A stretch of DNA of 25,494 nt from a virus (Duplodnaviria > Caudoviricetes): positions 1-25,494 of IMG/VR virus record IMGVR_UViG_3300022307_000012, one strand, 5' to 3'. A program made the translations under genes and the position numbers. Shown here one piece after another: positions 24,970 to 25,494 of this stretch. The notes beneath the pieces are model-generated. The model saw nothing but the letters and a program-made list of their open reading frames with translations, was not told the origin of the DNA and made no database searches. Numbering within the stretch: the stretch's first letter is position 1; each line of letters starts with the position of its first letter.

Positions 24970-25421
24970 TCGACTTCCTAACATTAGTGATTGTTGGTAT
25001 TGCATTATTGCAGCCAACTACAGATCGAAAGATTGTAGCGATGATATTCGCATCACTAACGTTTATTCATAATGAATTCTTATATGGGCTTGAAGGTCTT
25101 TTATATTACGACACAGACGCGCTTTTCTACATTATAATTATTTCGGCGATTGGCTTTGTAAATAGTAAGTCACAGCTAATTGATGACCTCCAGAAAATAA
25201 GTATCGCCGCTGTTGCTTTAGACTATTTCGGGTGGTTTATCTGGATGGCGTACATGCCTCCAACAGGATATAACGTGGCTTTTATGGCTCTTTACGCATG
25301 GACAATATTTATTCTACTAAGGGGAGAGCCTAAACATGATGGATCTACTGAAATGGATAGAAGGCATTATTCTATTCTCTCTAATGCTTATTCAAGGCAT
25401 ATTATCAATAATCAACACTAG
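24966..25421 (+). CDS. multi-pass membrane protein of unknown function
   Basis: Four to five hydrophobic segments. Confidence 0.75.
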   Translation: MIDFLTLVIVGIALLQPTTDRKIVAMIFASLTFIHNEFLYGLEGLLYYDTDALFYIIIISAIGFVNSKSQLIDDLQKISIAAVALDYFGWFIWMAYMPPTGYNVAFMALYAWTIFILLRGEPKHDGSTEMDRRHYSILSNAYSRHIINNQH

Positions 25422-25429
25422 AAAGCGCA

Positions 25430-25494
25430 ATGAAACAAGAAATGACTCAACATCTAGCCAATGCAGCATCAAGCCCAAAGGTTGCAGCGGCTGT
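25430..25494 (+). CDS. 5' fragment of a gene running off the window
   Basis: ATG 25430, MKQEMTQHLANAASSPKVAAA..., open to the edge. Confidence 0.45.
   Translation, partial: MKQEMTQHLANAASSPKVAAA

Noticed and set aside
7513-25017. Minus-strand ORFs overlapping terminase, structural and lysis genes
   Set aside because: These are antisense shadows of well-supported + strand genes with no motifs of their own.

Overview
The window is part of a tailed dsDNA phage genome of P22-like podovirus architecture, with almost all genes on the + strand. Early and accessory region (1-7160): NinB, NinG/Rap, a Rad52/Sak-like annealing protein, an SSB-like protein, a DUF551 protein and many small ORFs. Late region: TerS, TerL, portal, scaffold, coat, gp4, an extra 518-aa virion-like protein, gp10, a gp14-like GNAT, three ejection proteins, tail fibre plus chaperone, an M15 endolysin and a holin-like gene. 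The main unexplained structure is two arrays of single small genes (89-808 and 4898-6115) separated by seven attC-like hairpins (TAAC...GTTA, 56-125 bp). For all six complete units, the GTT box before a gene is the exact 8-10 bp reverse complement of the AAC box that holds that gene's own TAA stop, as expected for integron-type cassettes that circularise. The unpaired stem bases lie on the 3' arm of the coding strand, so the sites appear inverted relative to normal integron cassettes. Array 2 ends in a minimal attI-like site next to an IHF consensus and starts at a divergent promoter pair with a candidate anti-Shine-Dalgarno sRNA. No integrase is present in the window. All product calls come from motif recognition and synteny, not database searches.
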